Of a stretch of DNA of 10,383 nt, positions 8,755-10,383 are shown in pieces. The position numbers were made by a program, and so were the translations under genes. Each line of letters starts with the position of its first letter. Position 1 is the first letter of the stretch. This DNA is from an uncultured archaeon (lineage in GTDB: Archaea > Asgardarchaeota > Heimdallarchaeia > Heimdallarchaeales > Heimdallarchaeaceae). The notes under the pieces are model-generated. The model was given only the letters and a program-made list of their open reading frames with translations. It did not search any database and was not told the origin of the DNA. The DNA lies in NCBI GenBank assembly GCA_964549075.1, contig CAZJUB010000091.1, positions 1 to 10,383 of the forward strand. Reading direction: 5' to 3'.

Positions 8755-8781
8755 AATGAATATCATGTAAGATATTTCATT
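8755..8781. terminator. Imperfect inverted repeat AATGAATATC-atgtaa-GATATTTCATT between convergent genes
   Basis: The arms pair with one bulged base. It spans the 27-nt gap between the stops at 8749 and 8777. Confidence 0.35.
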
Positions 8782-9778
8782 CCTTTCTTTTTCTCCAATG
8801 ATATTCTTTTAGAATTTCATCTAGTTGATTTATCCTTTCAATAAATTTATTTCTTTTTTCTCCTTCTCTGTCTTCATTCCTTAAGTAAATTGGTGGAAAA
8901 TGCTCTTTTGTTTGTTTTATTATCTTTTCATATGGCAAATCTATTCCTTCTTTAATATACAGTTCAATCTTTTTTATTAAAATATTCAAAATTGGTTCGA
9001 CTTCATTGTAATTCAATATCCACTGTAGATACAACACTCTTTCCAAATCAGCTATTATTTCTCTGCAAAGATTCTTTAGTTTAGATTTATTTGCAGTTTT
9101 CTTTTTCCTTTTGTATATCTCATCCATCATTGTTGCCCTTATAATCCGAACATTGATTACAAGCTTACATTCTTCTAACAGTTCTCCACTTGGAACTCCT
9201 TCGAAATCATAACAAAATGTCAAATCATCTAATATAGAAGTAAGAATAATCAACTTTCTTCCAAGTATATTTTGCCTATCTATTATATCACCTCTTTGTT
9301 TGAGGTTGGAGTAAAATTGTACAAGAGTTCTTAATATTTCGATAACAAGATTTTTATGATATTTATCCTTGAATTCCCTTCTTTCAAAATCATAATATTC
9401 AAGATACATAATAGAAACAATACTAAAGAGAATCTCCACTTCAGGATACTTCTGAATCAAGTCGTTTGATTCTAGTTTCTTTTGAAGATTATCTGTTAAT
9501 AGACCGATTTTTTCGTAATAATCATTTTTCTCTTTTAAACCATATGTTTTTAACTGCTCTTCTGAAGCTTGATCAGAAAGAATTAATTGTGCTTTCTCAA
9601 GAAATTTCAATTCTTTTTCCACAATCATATTTAGTTCTAAAAAATCCCAGTCTATATATCCAGTAAAGGTATCAAAACCTTTTTCACCATATTCTCGTAG
9701 AATGGACTCTCTTCCTCTTTTTTTCATAAAAATACTAAACAGAAACTGCTTATCATCTAATTCTCTGTCGTGTTTCAT
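8777..9778 (-). CDS. Hypothetical soluble, probably all-alpha-helical protein (333 aa)
   Basis: Long ORF with host-like A-rich codons, rich in E/K/L/I, with no signal peptide, TM or catalytic motif recognised. Confidence 0.75.
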   Translation of the reverse strand: MKHDRELDDKQFLFSIFMKKRGRESILREYGEKGFDTFTGYIDWDFLELNMIVEKELKFLEKAQLILSDQASEEQLKTYGLKEKNDYYEKIGLLTDNLQKKLESNDLIQKYPEVEILFSIVSIMYLEYYDFERREFKDKYHKNLVIEILRTLVQFYSNLKQRGDIIDRQNILGRKLIILTSILDDLTFCYDFEGVPSGELLEECKLVINVRIIRATMMDEIYKRKKKTANKSKLKNLCREIIADLERVLYLQWILNYNEVEPILNILIKKIELYIKEGIDLPYEKIIKQTKEHFPPIYLRNEDREGEKRNKFIERINQLDEILKEYHWRKRKE

Positions 9779-9856
9779 CTAGAATATACCAAGAAACAGT
9801 AGGAGGAGAGAAATTTAAGCTTTTTGAAATAAGAAAAGAGTGGGAAGGTGAAAGTA

Positions 9857-10168
9857 TTAGAGAACATACTCTTGGCGAAACTTGAGTGTTTCGTCGCTAT
9901 ATTGAAGACCAAGACGACCAGCATGATAAAAGAGCTTGTCGACATTATAAGCAGAGAGGGCAGAGGTCTCGAGATAGTCAAAATTATGGAGACGAACATA
10001 AGAAAGAATAGCATCACGATTAACAGAACGAGCATCGTTGAGATCAAATTTGTTACCAACAAGGATGATAGGAACATCAGGACATTTGCTAGTAACTTCG
10101 TTGACCCAAACATCAATATCATCGAAGGAGCTCTGGTTGGTGATGTCGAAAACAAGAATGGCACAAGC
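9857..10168 (-). pseudogene. C-terminal half of a Ras/Rab-like small GTPase, 5'-truncated (not in the ORF track)
   Basis: Manual translation: ACAILVFDITNQSSFDDIDVWVNEVTSKCPDVPIILVGNKFDLNDARSVNRDAILSYVRLHNFDYLETSALSAYNVDKLFYHAGRLGLQYSDETLKFRQEYVL*. It has beta4 AILVFDIT, SF...W, G4 NKFD and G5 ETSAL. There is no start codon, and an in-frame TAA lies at 10195-10193. G1, G2 and G3 are absent. Confidence 0.92.
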
Positions 10169-10383
10169 ACAAATAGGTGATAATATCGAAAATTATCTTA
10201 AAGCATTCTTTGATAGTAGGGGAATTGTAAGTTACCATGGAATTCAAAGATGGGATGTTCCTTTTGGCAATAAAATCAACAAACTTTTTGGAGGATTAGC
10301 TCAAGAGAGTGAAAAAGCCAGAGCTTTCAAAGAGAGATGGTTTAAAATGCTTCTAGCTGATAGTGATTACGATGTAAGTACAA
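10158..10383 (+). CDS. Partial hypothetical protein running off the right edge, probably also a 5'-truncated fragment
   Basis: 75 open codons: MAQAQIGDNIENYLKAFFDSRGIVSYHGIQRWDVPFGNKINKLFGGLAQESEKARAFKERWFKMLLADSDYDVST. Host-like codons from about 10170. Its ATG lies inside the antisense strand of the GTPase remnant. Confidence 0.62.
   Translation, partial: MAQAQIGDNIENYLKAFFDSRGIVSYHGIQRWDVPFGNKINKLFGGLAQESEKARAFKERWFKMLLADSDYDVST
10161..10172. repeat. 6-bp tandem duplication GCACAA-GCACAA at the GTPase breakpoint
   Basis: Seen directly. GTPase similarity and its codon bias stop here. Confidence 0.6.

Noticed and set aside
8755-8781. Xer/dif-like or integron attC-like recombination site
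   Set aside because: It has a 6-bp spacer, but the arms lack the TAA/TTA inner motif of dif sites, no second copy was seen, and no recombinase is in the window.
9466-9666. 66-aa plus-strand ORF
   Set aside because: Short, antisense and wholly inside the 333-aa gene, with no supporting features.
9775-10170. 131-aa hydrophobic minus-strand ORF that looks like a membrane protein
   Set aside because: It is an alternate frame of the GTPase remnant. The L/F/S/M richness comes from the pyrimidine-ending codons.
9848-10180. 110-aa plus-strand ORF from the track
   Set aside because: It is in exact antisense register to the GTPase remnant, and its openness follows from that gene lacking TTA/CTA/TCA codons.
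1-10383. CRISPR array, DGR template/variable repeats, IS element, tRNA/rRNA
   Set aside because: By eye I saw no regularly spaced repeats, no long near-identical repeat pair, no reverse transcriptase, transposase or integrase, and no GC-rich structured RNA. A self dot-plot and an Rfam scan would be needed to exclude weak cases.

Overview
AT-rich archaeal DNA, most consistent with an Asgard (Heimdallarchaeia-like) genome. This is inferred from GGTGA/GTGA-type RBSs, a TATA-type promoter and a Ras/Rab-like GTPase remnant. The left part is on the minus strand: a small secreted protein with a C2-like motif, a MacB/FtsX-type ABC cassette (two large divergent permeases flanking a LolD-like ATPase), a possible small membrane ORF, a 4xCBS + HPF/RaiA-like protein (probable ribosome hibernation factor) and the start of another gene at the edge. 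The right part (about 8200-10383) is a mosaic of apparently 5'-truncated genes. It holds a plus-strand fragment converging on a 333-aa helical orphan, then the C-terminal half of a Rab-like small GTPase (9857-10168, minus) that the ORF track missed and that has an alien pyrimidine-ending codon usage. That remnant is joined at a GCACAA tandem duplication to a second plus-strand fragment sharing a short F-x-[LM]-[IL]-L-A-D motif with the first. This may be a recombination-fed array of orphan effector-tip/partner cassettes (hypothesis). The hibernation-factor gene also has a cryptic acidic tail behind two in-frame stops.
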